From Octopus sinensis (Eukaryota), in assembly GCF_006345805.1 (NCBI RefSeq), contig NC_043014.1, forward strand, positions 744,001 to 808,000: DNA of 64,000 bases, given 5' to 3'. The position numbers were made by a program, and so were the translations under genes. The notes beneath the pieces were generated by a model. The model was given only the letters and a program-made list of their open reading frames with translations. It had not been told where the DNA came from and ran no database searches. Shown in pieces: positions 47,101-60,249 of the stretch. Numbering within the stretch: the stretch's first letter is position 1; the number at the start of each line of letters is the position of its first letter.

Positions 47101-48996
47101 ATATTTCTCTACAATTAGGATGTCTACATTATCACCTGCTTCAATACTGACATCATCATCATCATTGGCCTCATCCCTTAACGCCTGGCTTCCAGGCTGG
47201 CATCGGTCCAACGGTCCAACAGGATCTGACATGCCAGAGGACTAAGCTTCAATGTCTATTTTGGTACTGCTTCTATAGCTAGATGCCCTTCCTAGCATGC
47301 CAACCACTTTATAAATCATACTGAGTGCTATTTTCATGGCATTGGTACTATTAGAGAGGCTGCCAAGTAATTCGCAAGACAAAAATAGAAAAGTCCCCTT
47401 TGTTGAAGGGATGCTGGAAGTGGGTGGGGTGGAGGCTTTTTGCCAGGTGTTAAGAGGTTCAATGAAGCATAACAGAGATAGAAAAGCACAGGTATTACAT
47501 TTTCAAATTTTCTTGATTAAATGAAGATTTACCCTTTCAGATCCTGTAATTATTTGACAATGATGTCATCTGGACTAAAATCTGGTTTCTAATCTCATCA
47601 ATGTGCTGTTGTTTGGATGTCGTTTATATACTTTGATGTTTGTGGGAAACGAAAATGTCTTTTGAGGGCTGCGTGTAAAATGATTAACAGTCACAAACAA
47701 ACACCTAAGAGAAGCTTTTATTTACTGTGCATCGTGTTTTCTGCTTTGGTCTTCGGATGAAAAATAACAGCAACAATTACACTTCAGGAGGACATACTAC
47801 TGAAATCTACAACAAGCTCACTGATAGATGTCAATCTGTGGCTGGCTCGTCGTAATTAGAAAATAATTGCTCTATATTCATGATGACAAAATCTCTGTCT
47901 TCTAAACTGCCATGGGAATGGAGACATCAGGTGGTCACCTCGACATTTTATGAGCAGTTGTTCCACATTCTGGAATTACCACCAAAAGCCACCTTTTTAT
48001 GGAGCTCATTGGGAAGGTTCTAGAAAGTCAAATCACACAATGGCTCCAAGATGATCGGCCGGTTAATTGGCCGACCATGTGAAACAACAGTGGCTTGGCT
48101 GTGATGTTTATTCAGTTATCCAGCGATTTGATTTCAAATCTGCTGCAGTACCATACTTGGTACTTTCAGACTCCAAGTTTTTTCAAATTGGCTTTGGGAT
48201 GTTCATACAGTCAGCTCCAGTGTTTTAATGTTTGAAGCTTAGTTGGGGTACTATTTGTAAAGTTTTTAAATATAACCATTCCCCCACCCATCAAAACCTG
48301 TCAATAAAATTATTTGTTTTTAATTTTTTTGATCACTCATCACTCAAGTCTGTTGTCCTCAGTGAATTTGATTTCATTTATTGTTTATTGATTTCAACGT
48401 TTCACAGAAATTTTTTTTAGAAAGTGATATTTTTTATCATCATATAAAATTGATCGTTAATTTAATTAATTGACCTCTGCTGCTTCGTTTTTATATTTTG
48501 TTTCATTTAGTGATGAGTGGAACTGTACAAAAGCTTAATTAGTCTTCCATAGATTAATTACTTAATTTCTCTGTCCAGGCTGTTACCCTTGATTAAGCAT
48601 CATGCCTCTTCTGTGTGCAGCATGTGCTGCAGTTATGCGCAATACTGAGTGCAACAGATGCTACAACATGCACTGCACTTATGTGCAATACATATTTCCA
48701 TGTTCAGGGCCTTGTCTATGCTGCACCTCCTCCACGCCCACCCCCAATGACATTGTTGTCAAATGTTCTCTTTTATCTTTTACTTGTTTCAGTCATTGGA
48801 CTGTAGCCATGCTGGAGCAATGCCCTGAAGAAACTTAGTCAAACAAATTGACCTCAGTACTTACTCTATCAATCCCCTTTTCTGAACTGCTAAGCTATAA
48901 GGATGTAAAGAAACCAACAAGGCTTTTCAAGCAGTGATGGGAACAAAAATAATATAAACACAAATACTTATAGACACACACACACACACGCACACG

Positions 48997-49027
<31 letters not shown>

Positions 49028-49089
49028 ACACACACACACACACATGCACGCACACACGAACGCACACACACACAAACTATGTACAGCAG

Positions 49090-49345
49090 TGGACATCAAC
49101 AGAAAGCTAAAGGTCAGTGAAAAAGAAAACAGCTTTTGGGAAATTTACAGCATCTCTATTCAGGATGACCAGTTCAGATTTTATCCGTCCTTATTGGGGC
49201 AGTGGGAGATGTAACAAAGTGCTTGAGCACCACTCTTGAGAAATCAGGTTCCTCAAAACCAGAAACTGATCTGAAGATTACAGATCTAAATCATCAATGG
49301 AACTGTCAAAACATGGAAAACTTTACAAAAGTCTAGCATTTAAGT
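49090..49345 (+). mobile_element. Degenerate RLE-type non-LTR C-terminal fragment
   Basis: Frameshifted LKVSEKEN...IGAVGDVTKCL...NGTVKTWKT peptides. Confidence 0.4.
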
Positions 49346-49474
49346 AAGTATTTGCACACATCTAGACATGCAGTTCTATCTATGAGAACAGATGCATAAA
49401 ATGAGACATGCAGATCTGCACAGAAACTGACTCCAAATACACATATACATGCAAACATGTTCATCATCAGCAGC

Positions 49475-50135
49475 AGCATCATCGTTGTTTAACGTCCGCT
49501 TTCCATGCTGGCATGGGTTGGATGGTTTGACTGAGGACTGGCGAACCAGATGGCTGCATCAGGCTCCAATCTGATCGGGCAAGGTTTCTACAGCTGGACA
49601 CCCTTCCTAATGCCAATCACTCCAAGAGTGAAGTGGGTGCTTTTTACATGTCATTGGCCTGGGAGCCAGTTAGGCAGCCCTGGCATCGACCATGCTTGAA
49701 TGGTGCCAGTCAGGTGGTACTGGCATCAGCCATGACAGCAATTCTACTTGACTCAATAAGTCTTCACAAGGTCAGCACTTTTCCCGACGGTTGAAGGGAA
49801 CTCTTAAATAGGCTGGTTATGCAACACTGGCATAGGCCATAGCTACGATCTCACTTAGCTTGCCGGGTTGTCTCAAGCAAAGCATATCTCCAAAGGTCTT
49901 GGTTGCTTGTCATTGCCTCAGTGAGGCCCAACATTTGAAGGTCGTTCTTCATTACCTCATCCCAGGTCTCCCTGGGTCTACCTCTTCCACAGTCAGAGAT
50001 CAGCACTTCTTTACACAGCTGTCCTCATCCATATGTAACTCATGACCATACCAGCGCAGTCATCTCTCTTGCACACCACACCTGATGCTTTTTATGTCAA
50101 ACTTTTTTCTCTCAGAGCACTTGCACGCTGTCGTG
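49475..50135 (-). mobile_element. RTE LINE 3' fragment
   Basis: Reverse complement of the RTE C-terminus and 3' UTR. Confidence 0.85.
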
Positions 50136-50319
50136 TATGAGGCATACTCAGAATTACCCATCAGAAGAATTCATGGAGTGACTAGCAACAAATTATAGTC
50201 ACAGACGTTAAATACTGATCGTAGTGGTTAGCAGTTATCAGGAACTTAACTGAGGGCTAATACGGTATCTGCCCGGATAATACATCCCTCAAAACTCACT
50301 TTTATATATATATACATAC

Positions 50320-51765
50320 ACTAACAGAACTAAAGGAAAAGTTTCAGGTGTGGAAACAAGGATTAGAATCAAAGGGCCTTAGAGTCAACCTAGCTAAAAC
50401 CAAAGTCTTAATAAGTAGGAAGGCAGACAAACCACAAATCCCTTCAGGTAGATGGCCCTGCTCGATCTGTAGAAAAGGCATAGGTAGAAACTCCATAAGA
50501 TGTACCCAGTGTAAGCTATGGACACATAAGAGGTGCAGCAATATCAAAGGAAGGCTAACTGGGAAGATAGTTTTTGTATGTGGCAGATGCTCAGGAGCAA
50601 TAAACACTGAAAATGTGCAGAGAACAGCTTCCGTCACATTCCAGGAGGAAAAAACTAGAAGTAGTTGATAGCTTCCGTTACCTAGAGGACCAAGTCAGTA
50701 GCGGGAGTACATGTTCTGAAAGTGTAGCTGCTAGAATAAGAATAGCCTGGGCAATGTTTAGAGAGCTCCTACCTCTGCTGGTGACAAAGGGCCTTCTTGC
50801 TCAGAGTAAAAGGTAGATTGTATGACGCATTTGTATGAACTGCCATGCTACATGGCAGTGAAACATGGGCCATGACTGCTGAGGACATGCATAAGCTTGC
50901 AAGGAATGAAGCCAGTATGTTCCACTGGACGTGTAGTGTCAGAGTGTAAGTACCTTGAGAGAAAATTTGGACCTAAGAAGCATCAGATGTGGTGTGCAAG
51001 AGAGACAACTGTGCTGTTATGGTCATGTGTTGTGAATGGATGAGGACAGCTGTGTGAAAAAGTGTCACACCCTAGCAGTTGAGGGAACCTGTGGAAGAGG
51101 TAGACTCAGGAAGACCTGAGATGAGGTAGTGAAGTACATCCTTCGAACATTGGACCTCACTGAGGCAATGACTAGTGACCGAGACCTTTGGAGATATGCT
51201 TTGCATGAGAAGACCTGACAAGCCAAGTGAGACCATAAACCATGGCCAATGCCAGTGGTGTATAACCAACCCACTTATGAATACCCCTCATTCATTGAAC
51301 AATAAACTTTGCTTGCGAAGACCTGTTGAGGCAAGAGGAATCAAAATCGCTGACGTGGCCGATGACAGTACTGCCTGATTGGCTCTCATGCCAGTGGCAC
51401 GTAAAAAGCATCATTTGAGAATGATTGTTGCCAACATCGCCTTTTTGGCACATGAAAAACAACATTCGAGCATGGTCATTGCCAGCGCCGCCGGACTGGC
51501 TCCTGTGCAGGTGGCACGTAAAAAACCTTTTTAGTGTGGTCGTTGCCAGTACCACCAAACTGGCCCTTGTGCCAGTGGTACACAAAAGCACCCACTACAC
51601 TCTTGGAGTGGGGTAGCGTTAGGAAGGGCATCCAGCTGTAGAAACTTTGCCGGATCGGATTGGAGCCTGGTGCAGCCTCCTGGCTCGCCAGTCCACAGTC
51701 AAGCTGTCCAACCCATGCCAGCATGGAAAGCGGATGTTAAACAACAACAACGATGATGATGATGA
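50320..51765 (+). mobile_element. 5'-truncated RTE LINE with PHD-like finger in RT
   Basis: WKQGLESKGLRVNLAKTKVL...CSIC...CTQC...HKRC...CGRC...LEVVDSFRYL, followed by the C-terminus, 3' UTR and tail. Confidence 0.92.
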
Positions 51766-52500
51766 TATACATTTAATATGTACACAAAAAGCTCTGATGG
51801 TCATGGCTGGAAGGCCTTTGATCATGGTTCTGTTTGATCAATGTTACCTTGCATCTAAACAAGAGTAGGCTGGACAGTGGAAATGTGTTCCAACTCTCAG
51901 ACTGGCCACTGTCTGCAGGGGACGTGTAATGGGGCTCCTTAAAGAAATGAGGAAATTGTATATCTAGGCACAAGGATTGAGGAGGGGCATATGGCACAGA
52001 AGGGGGTCATATGGCACAGAAGGGGTCATATGGCACAGAAGCAGGTAAGAGAAAATCTTTGTAGGTCATGGTGACATTTGTGTTTCATCACTGTCCACAA
52101 CATCATTGTCACCACCACCACAACCACCACCACAACCACCACCTCCACCACCATCACCACCACCACCTCCACTATCGTCATCACAATCATCATGGATCCT
52201 GCCAATGTGCATTCAGTCGTTCAGTCACGTTACAATTGTATTCACATGAAGTGACAGAGTACACCTCAGACTCACGTACCTTTAATGTTATTCTCAGGTA
52301 GAATTTGTGTGACAAAGCTTGACCTTTGTATTACGACTACAATCCATCAGAAGGGCTTCCACACAGTTTCCATAAACCCAGTTCTACTCACAAGACACAC
52401 AAGGTGGCACACAGTGGAAGAGAACCCGGAACCTCGGTGTTGTTAGGTGGAGCTCATAACCATTTAATTATGTGTGTCCAAACTTAACTTTCGTTACACG

Positions 52501-52533
<33 letters not shown>

Positions 52534-55500
52534 ATATATAGTCACACACTCAGCCATTAACAGTCATACATACATTACCGTGCACACACACACACAGAGT
52601 AATGCACACATACACATATCCACACAGAGAAACAGTCATAAAAACGTACACATAATTACACACAGAATAACATTGATAATCACAAATACATACATACACA
52701 GTTACGCATACACAGTTATACGCACAGTTATGCAGTCACATACGTAATTATATTATTATTATTATATTATTCTCTCTATAACAAATAATTACACGCAGTT
52801 CCGCAGGCATAGACAAATATTGTCACACAGACATAGGTAGTCTCTCCCACACACACACATGGTCAAAGAGATTGACGAACATCCCCACACTCAGATATCA
52901 ATTAGTCACATTGACACACGCACGCGCATAGCGACAGATACTCGCGCTTACGCATAATCACACACATACACACACGAAGATAAACCCGTTGCCATACAGA
53001 CACACATATAAGACTTAGTCTCACGCAGGCTTCGCCTCTCTTTCTCTCTCTCAGAATCTGTAGAAGCTGACATTCGTTAATAAAACTACTCTAAAACATG
53101 GACGACAAAACGGACAAAGTTGTTGGTGATGGTGGGAGTATGAATTCGAGAGGTGGTAGCAGCTTTCGTCGTGATGATGGTGGTGGGAGGATGGATTAGT
53201 AGTTAGGGTAGTGGTAGCAGTAGGAATAAGAGGCAGTGGTGGTGGTGATGGTGGCGGGGAGATGAGTGATCAGGGTGGTGGTGATGGGGAGGGTGGTAGT
53301 GGGAGAATGGATTGAAGCCGTGATGGGAGGAGGGGGGTGTAGTGATGGTGATGATGGTGGCGGCGGTGAGCGGGAAGTGGAGTGGAATGTTTAGTAAAGC
53401 GGTAAAGAGTATAAAGGGAACACGCACGTGTGTGTGTGTGTGTGTAAGAGAGAGCTGAACCATTTCTAATATACGTGGACTTGGGCCCAGCTTTGATTTT
53501 TGCCTACGGTCTCACACTGACAAGCTGGTTACTCGAACTGCCTGAAATCGCAGTCAAATCTCCCTCAACACGCTGTCATCTTAATAGAAAGTTGCACATT
53601 ATAAAATGGTAGTCCTGGTTAGTCGTAAAAGACGTGATGGTCATTTTGAGATTTCCCTTCATCGTAAATCTGATCGATCTGGCTTGAATGTAAACAACAG
53701 GCAAAACCAAACATCTTATTCGTCTCAGACAAATTCCTTCGTGCTCTGTTTTTATTTTCCAGCCTTTTCGCTCCAATCCTGTTCCATGTCCACTTAAGAA
53801 GGTAAAGTCCGTCCCCGCTCTCTGTGGATGTAGACTCCACACACTACATCATCCACTTCTTTCCATTTGGACATGTATAAAAAAAACCACATCCAAATGA
53901 TGCTGGTTTCAAGCTCCCAAGTTTCCTGAGGCTTGGTCCTACAACCATATGTTCCCTACAAAAAGTCTGGTTTACATCACCCAAAATTGTGATACATCTT
54001 TTTTTTTCGGCTCTGCTTTATTCAACGTTATTTCGAAAGAAAGGAAAGGAGGAAAAAACCCCGTAATATTCAAACGGTACCTGGGTGCAGCATAAAACTC
54101 TCCCTTATTTTACAGGCTGATAACCGTTTCAACATGAAATGCCCTGAGCACCAATCGAAACTGAACTACACAAAGACACACGTTCATCTTTCAACCTGCT
54201 CTCAAGACACTTAACCACCACCTGTGTAACTTTACCAGCTAATATGCACCAAAATGATTGGAGTAGATTTTTCTCTTGCAATTTGTACCAAACATACCAC
54301 AAACGCCTGAGTACATCTCAGTCGACAGCAACTCTCCATTTGAGTGAGCTATGATGTCCTAAAATATAACTTAAAAGACTGACCCCAGTGCTGCTTTTTA
54401 AGGTAGTCATGGCTGGGGACCAAGTGAGATATTCTAGTTGAGTGTCACTCTCCCACACAATGCCCTAACTTTGCTCTTAGGGGCTTTGAATAAGTGTAGT
54501 ACCTTTGGGATGGTCATGTAGACAGGCATCTCTGGTCCTCAATCAGCTCCTAATCTCTTGCACCATACCCCAGTATCCCACTTCAGCTGGTGAGCAAAAA
54601 CAAAGAGAGGGGATGGTGTTAATACTGCATCAGTAGGTGAAAGACTCAGGGTAAGGCTTCACAAGGAGCCAATGGCTAGGACAGAGGAACCTGGTCAGGT
54701 CAACAGCCTAATGTTCAGGGCCCAGGCATGTCTTGAGTAAAGGCGTGCGGTTGTGACTAACGGCATGGGGAGGAATGGGTGATGCCAAGCTAACTTATCC
54801 ATGATGATGACAACCAGACCAGATTAGTTGTTGCCTGGGTTACCATCGGAGAGGGAGCAGGCCTCAGTTTCACTGATTCACAGAGGGCAGCAGAAATCAG
54901 AGAGAAATGGCGAAATCTGGTTGTGGCATCATCAACAAATGGCCGAATGCCCTAATGGTCAAGAGATTGGAAGGAAGGAACACCACTTTTAAAGCGCCAC
55001 CAACCACCACTGCAGTAAACATTTCCCTTATTTTTAAAGGAATCCAGCATTACATTAACCCCTTTCCTGTCTCCCACCATAATATCACTGCCGTAAAGAC
55101 CTGATCTTTTCATATTCATGATAATCTGCTCCACCTTGTCACACCCTGGCCCCTATGAAACACCTCAACAAACATTTTAACCCTTGTCCTCAACTCCAGC
55201 CCTACTCTTTACTTATCCAACAAGATCTTCTTTATTTGCCCTTCAATTCTAGCAGCTAATATCAGTAAAACACTTTGACCAATGTTCACCAAGAGAATTA
55301 TGGCAGAATTAACAGATTCTATGAAGAAGGTTCCAGCAAATCGAATTAACAGCCTGTCCATGAAAGTGCAAATGAATGACCACTCCCTGGACAGGTGTAC
55401 TCTTAATATGGTTCTCAGGGAGAGTTAGCATGAAACAGAATGTGACCAGGCTGGCCCCTTGAAATACTGGTAGAATTCCTTTTTGCCAACTGAGTGGATT

Positions 55501-55927
55501 GGAGCAAAATAAAGTTTCTTACCCAAAGACACAATATGCTACTAGGAACTGAACTCGCAAACTGCCAACCATGAGCTAAACACCCTAAACCACTAAGCCA
55601 TGCACTTTTTCATAAAAACTGCATTTCATTCCAATGGTTCTGCTTATCTGTTGCCATAACAACAACAACAACAGGGCTTTTTCTGTACCCAGATTCCATC
55701 AGCTCTAATTATCATTATTGCCATCTTATATTTTATATCCATTTTCCCAAGTTAGCTTGGTTTAGATGAATATTTTTGTGAGGATTTGTTTTACAACTGG
55801 ATACTTTTCCTGTCACTAACCCTTAACCGTTTCCCAAGTGAGGGATCTCTTATAATCCCCAAAAGTACGAAGCGAGAAGAATTTTCTTCATAAGAAAAGT
55901 GAGAGTGACATCTTTTGTAATGACTTC

Positions 55928-56297
55928 TGTGTGTCTGTATGACAGGTGTGTGGCATGTGTGCGTCTGTATGACAGGTGTGTGTCTGTGTGACATGTATAT
56001 GTCTGTATGACAGGTGTGTGTCTGTATGACAGGTGTGTGTCTGTGTGGCATGTGTGTGTCTGTATGACAGGTGTGTGTTTATATGACAGGTGTATGTCTG
56101 TGTGCACCTGTATGAAAGGTATGTCTCTGTACAACAGGTGTGTGTCAATTTGACAGGCTTATGTCAGTATGACAGGTGTGTGTCCATATGATATGTATGT
56201 CTGTACAACAGGTGTGTCCCTGTATGACAGGCAGGTGTGTCCCTGTACAACAGGTGTGTGCTGTCTGTACGACAGGTGTGAGTATCATTATGACAGA
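55928..56297. repeat. Degenerate ~20-bp minisatellite (gtgtgtctgtatgacaggt)
   Basis: Visible tandem array; it generates the spurious HTPVIQTHT ORFs. Confidence 0.9.
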
Positions 56298-56532
56298 TGG
56301 AGGAACATAAGCTGTAGTAACCTTAATTTCTTAATCAATTTGTTTCCCCTGTTGGTAAGGAGCAGAATGGGTGGGCAGGAGGTGTTCACAGGCAGAGGGA
56401 ATATATATCAGTTGTGTGTGAAGAGGCTGGGAAGATATAAGGAGGGGGAGGGTTAGGGTGGGAGAGTCATCCTAGAACCATAGTGCGGATTATTATTTTG
56501 AGACCATAACCCGTGGCCTCTGCTTGGGATGT

Positions 56533-56760
56533 AGCGAGCTGGCAGAAACGTTAGCACGCCGGGCGAAATGCGTAGCCGTATTTCGTCTTCCGTTACGTTC
56601 TGAGTTAAAATTCGCCGAGGTTGGCTTTGCCTTTCATCCTTTCGGGGTTGATAAATTAAGTACCAGTTACGCACTGGGGTCGATGTAATCAACTTAATCC
56701 GTTTGTCTGTCCTTGTTTGTCCCCTCTGTGTTTAGCCCCTTGTGGGTAATAAAGCAATAT
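56533..56760 (+). mobile_element. Meta-domain-type SINE (family A), well-preserved copy
   Basis: Central gctttgcctttcatcctttcggggttgataaattaagtaccag resembles the MetaSINE core. Related copies at about 1005-1210(-), 15243-15450(+), 15868-16075(+), 25505-25725(-), 27485-27690(-), 27762-27940(-), 41845-42040(-), 45010-45200(+), 46455-46643(-) and 56850-57000(+). Confidence 0.8.
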
Positions 56761-56989
56761 ATTATTTTTCGAGGGGGTGGGGAGACAAGTGGAGGTGTTA
56801 AAGTGTGTCAAAAAATACTATGTGCTATTTTATTTGACTCATTGCATTAGGGGTTCTAATCCCACTGAGGTTAACTTTGATTTTCATCCTTTCGGGGTCA
56901 ATGAAATAAGTACCAGCTGTGTACTGAGGTTGATGTAATCAGTTAGCCCCTCCCCACAAAATTTCAGGGCTTATGCCTATAGTAGAAAG

Positions 56990-57027
56990 GATTATTATTA
57001 TTATTATTATTACTTTTATTATTATCA

Positions 57028-57059
<32 letters not shown>

Positions 57060-57365
57060 GTTATTATTGGTTGCTGTGATGATGTCCTTGTTTTTGGTTC
57101 CCTTCCAAGTTCTCCATTCCACAAGTGAATCTGCTGACTACTACTACTACTACTACTACTGCTACTGCTGTCACCACCACCCCTGCAGCCGTCGCCACCA
57201 CCACCACCATCACCACAGCTGTAGCTGCTGCCACTGCTGCTGCTGCTACAGCTAGTCTCACTTCTAATTTATATCAACTCATTATCTAGGGGTGTCTGTC
57301 TGTCTGTCTCTCTCTATCAGTCTGTGCTTATCTGTCTATCTAGCTATAGCTATTAATCTACCTAC

Positions 57366-57412
<47 letters not shown>

Positions 57413-57445
57413 CTTACCTACCTATATATCTATCTACCTACCTAC

Positions 57446-57500
<55 letters not shown>

Positions 57501-57532
57501 CCTACCTACCTACCTATCTATCTATCTATCTA

Positions 57533-57581
<49 letters not shown>

Positions 57582-57594
57582 GTCTATCTATCTT
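56990..57594. repeat. Compound microsatellite cluster: (ATT)n, (TAC)n, (CAC)n, (CTG)n, (TCTG)n/(TCTA)n
   Basis: Directly visible. Confidence 0.95.
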
Positions 57595-57599
57595 TCATA

Positions 57600-58085
57600 A
57601 GACATGCATAAGATCTGGTCATCAAATCTAAGTAGAGACTTCAAACTTGAAATCTTCAAAGCCACAGTCAAACTAATTCTACTATATGGCTCAGAAACCT
57701 GGATGTTATCAAAGAAGCTTGAGAAAGTTGGATGGAACCTACACTCGCCTCCTTATGAGAGCTCAAAATCTCTCGTGGAAGCGCCATCCAACCAAAATGC
57801 AAATATATGGGAAACTACCACCTGTGTCATCTCTTGTGAAAGGTAGGAGAGTCCAGTTTGCTGGACATTGTTGTAGAGCTGAAAAAGAAGTAATTTCTAC
57901 TCTTCTCCTCTGGAAGCCATCTACTCGCAATACCAGAGGGCGCACACTCTCCTACTCTGATGTAATCTCCAGGGATACAGGCATCCAGCAACAGGACCTC
58001 CGTAATGCCATGATGGACCGTGAAGTCTGGCATAGCATGGTAAATTCCATTGTCTCAACCACAGTCGAACAATGAGGATGATGAT
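57600..58085 (+). mobile_element. RTE/RTEX-like LINE 3' fragment (third family)
   Basis: KIWSSNLSRDFKLEIFKATV...LLYGSETW...RRVQFAGHC; one frameshift near 57725; short (GAT)n tail. Confidence 0.85.
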
Positions 58086-58465
58086 CTATCTGTCTGTCGG
58101 TCTGTCTGACCATCCATCCATCCACCAATCTACATAAGTGAGTGAGTCTTGTGTGTCTGTATGCTTGATACATTTCCTAAGAAGTTTCTTTTGCACTGAT
58201 GAAGCCTTGGGTTCAATCCCACTTCACAGTGTCTTGGCCATTTGTGATTTACTACAGCTTCAGGTTCACCCAAGTCTTATGAGTAGAATTAAAGTGACGG
58301 AAACTGTATGGAAGCCTTTGAAAGGAATTTCTCAGCTCTGTCCCACACTGTGTCACACTGTATAATGATTATATTCAGGGTACGTCTGTCTGTGGAATAC
58401 GCAACCACTTCCACTGTAATTAAATGAGTTGCTAATTCAGTCAAACGAGCAAACAAAATACTCGG

Positions 58466-59020
58466 CAAGGTGCATTCCAGAAGTTTCGAGACTTTTTCAG
58501 GAGTGGCAGTTAGAACTATCTTAAGATTCTTATAATTTTAGTCTATCATTACAATACATCTAATAAGCTGACCTGCCACCTTTTCTTATTCCAGAAAGAA
58601 AGAAACGGCTGTAAAGGCACTTTGAACCCATCCTACTAAACACTGCTTGTCACAGGTGACTGGTTTGCAGGACGCAGTTGGGAGATGAAGGAAATTCGGA
58701 AGAGGTTCACCATGCAATAAAATTTTGTGTTAAACGAGGGGGAAATGCTGTAGAAACTTTTGAAATGCTCCAGACTGGGCATGGATTAACTTGTATGAGG
58801 CCAAGCAATTGTTTTCCACGGGCACAAGTGTCCAAGCAGAACAAGTCCACCTGGAAAGTTGTGATGCAAGGGTATCATCTGCATCCACTGGGTTCCCTCT
58901 GGCCAAACGGTCAACAAACAGATCTTTGTGGCGGTTGGGGTGGGGGTTCAGGGAGAAATTTCGTTGCAAAGGGCCAGAACACCTGCACCAAGAGAATGCA
59001 GCAGCAGTCCACAATTCCAT
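58466..59020 (+). mobile_element. mariner transposon remnant (N-terminal HTH region)
   Basis: HAIKFCVKRGGNAVETFEMLQTGHG, typical of the mariner N-terminal HTH; TIR-like caaggtgcattccagaagttt upstream. Confidence 0.7.
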
Positions 59021-59167
59021 CCAGGTAATCAACACTTTGGCAGAGGTGTTCCCCCCCCCCTGCTCCCTGTGACTTGTTCCCCAAGATGCAGGAGGCTGTG
59101 ACAAGGGTCTTGGCTGGACATCTTCACTTTGGAGGACTTCCAAGGCAAGCATCCCTACCAGCTAGGG

Positions 59168-59738
59168 CTAGCACCTAGAGATATGCAGGTCTCTAGGTGC
59201 TAGGTGCTTCACAAATATAAGGACACAGGAAATGTGTCAAAGCCAACAGGAAGCGTTGATGCTTCCTAGGGCTAAACAGCGGTGGTGTAATTCCCTTTAC
59301 GGGACTGTCACGTTATGTTGACAGTATACAACCACTCCATCACTCCACCACCACTCGTGTCTCTCTGAGACATTTAGAAATTCAATATTTCTAATTTCTG
59401 TGACCAGTGAATAGATTTCCCTGTAAATACATATATTTGCGAAGCCTTGGCAGACATCTCAGCTGGCAGGACTCAATACCCTGGACTGATGACGAGCAAA
59501 GACTCACAAACATGCATGTCTCTAGGTACAGGCCCTGGCTGTTGGGGGTGCTTGCCTCCCCTTCGCAAATATAAGGACACAGGAAATGTGTCAAAGCTGA
59601 CAGGAAGCGTTCTATGCTTCCTAGGGCTAAATAGTGGTGGTGTGATTCCCTTTACGGGACTGTCATGACATTATACAACCACTCTTCGCTCCACCACCAC
59701 TCATGTCTCTCTGAGACATTTAGAAATTCAATATTTCT

Positions 59739-59740
<2 letters not shown>
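59168..59740 (+). mobile_element. Retrozyme/Penelope pLTR-like repeat (354-bp offset, about 1.6 units) with hammerhead motif
   Basis: Direct repeat of about 175 bp at 59213/59567; hammerhead-like motif at 59477-59528. Confidence 0.7.
59477..59528 (+). ncRNA. Type I hammerhead-ribozyme-like motif (core G12 mutated)
   Basis: CCTGGA-CTGATGA-CGAG-caaaga-CTCA-CAAAC-ATGCAT-GTC-TCTAGG; stem I CCTGGA/TCTAGG; palindromic stem III ACATGCATGT. Confidence 0.65.
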
Positions 59741-59779
<39 letters not shown>

Positions 59780-60133
59780 CAAATACGCCAGCTAAGCTAA
59801 GCTGAACTGACTAAAGTCATAAGACACCCGCTGTTTTTGTCCTGTTATTACTATTATTGTTTTTTGTATTTTATATTTGAGTGGCATCGTCCGTTTTTCT
59901 GTCCTTGTTTTGTATACATTCAATCCTTTTTCCAAGAAATCTAATGCTCGTAACTTAGTTTTTCCTTGGGGCTGGCCGGATCGGAGCGATCTCAAGATTA
60001 ATCAGCCGAAATTGTGAGGATGATCCGGTTCTTGACTGAAGATTAGAGACTCGAATGACCCGTCCGTTTTTTGTGTCGTCTCTTTGAGTGTTTTGCATTC
60101 TTGTCCCATTTTGTATTTTTATATATATTTTTT

Positions 60134-60200
<67 letters not shown>

Positions 60201-60249
60201 GGACAGATGTCTTTCAAACTGAAAGTATTATCTCACATTGTAATAGAGA

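Noticed and set aside
46786-47232. 148-aa acidic minus-strand ORF
   Set aside because: Starts in an RTE-like tail and runs through (GA)n repeats; no convincing splice sites or homology.
53763-53801. Possible 39-nt plus-strand exon (ttttattttccag|...AAG|gtaaag)
   Set aside because: Good splice sites, but no partner exons or recognisable peptide were found; it needs RNA-seq before a third gene can be claimed.
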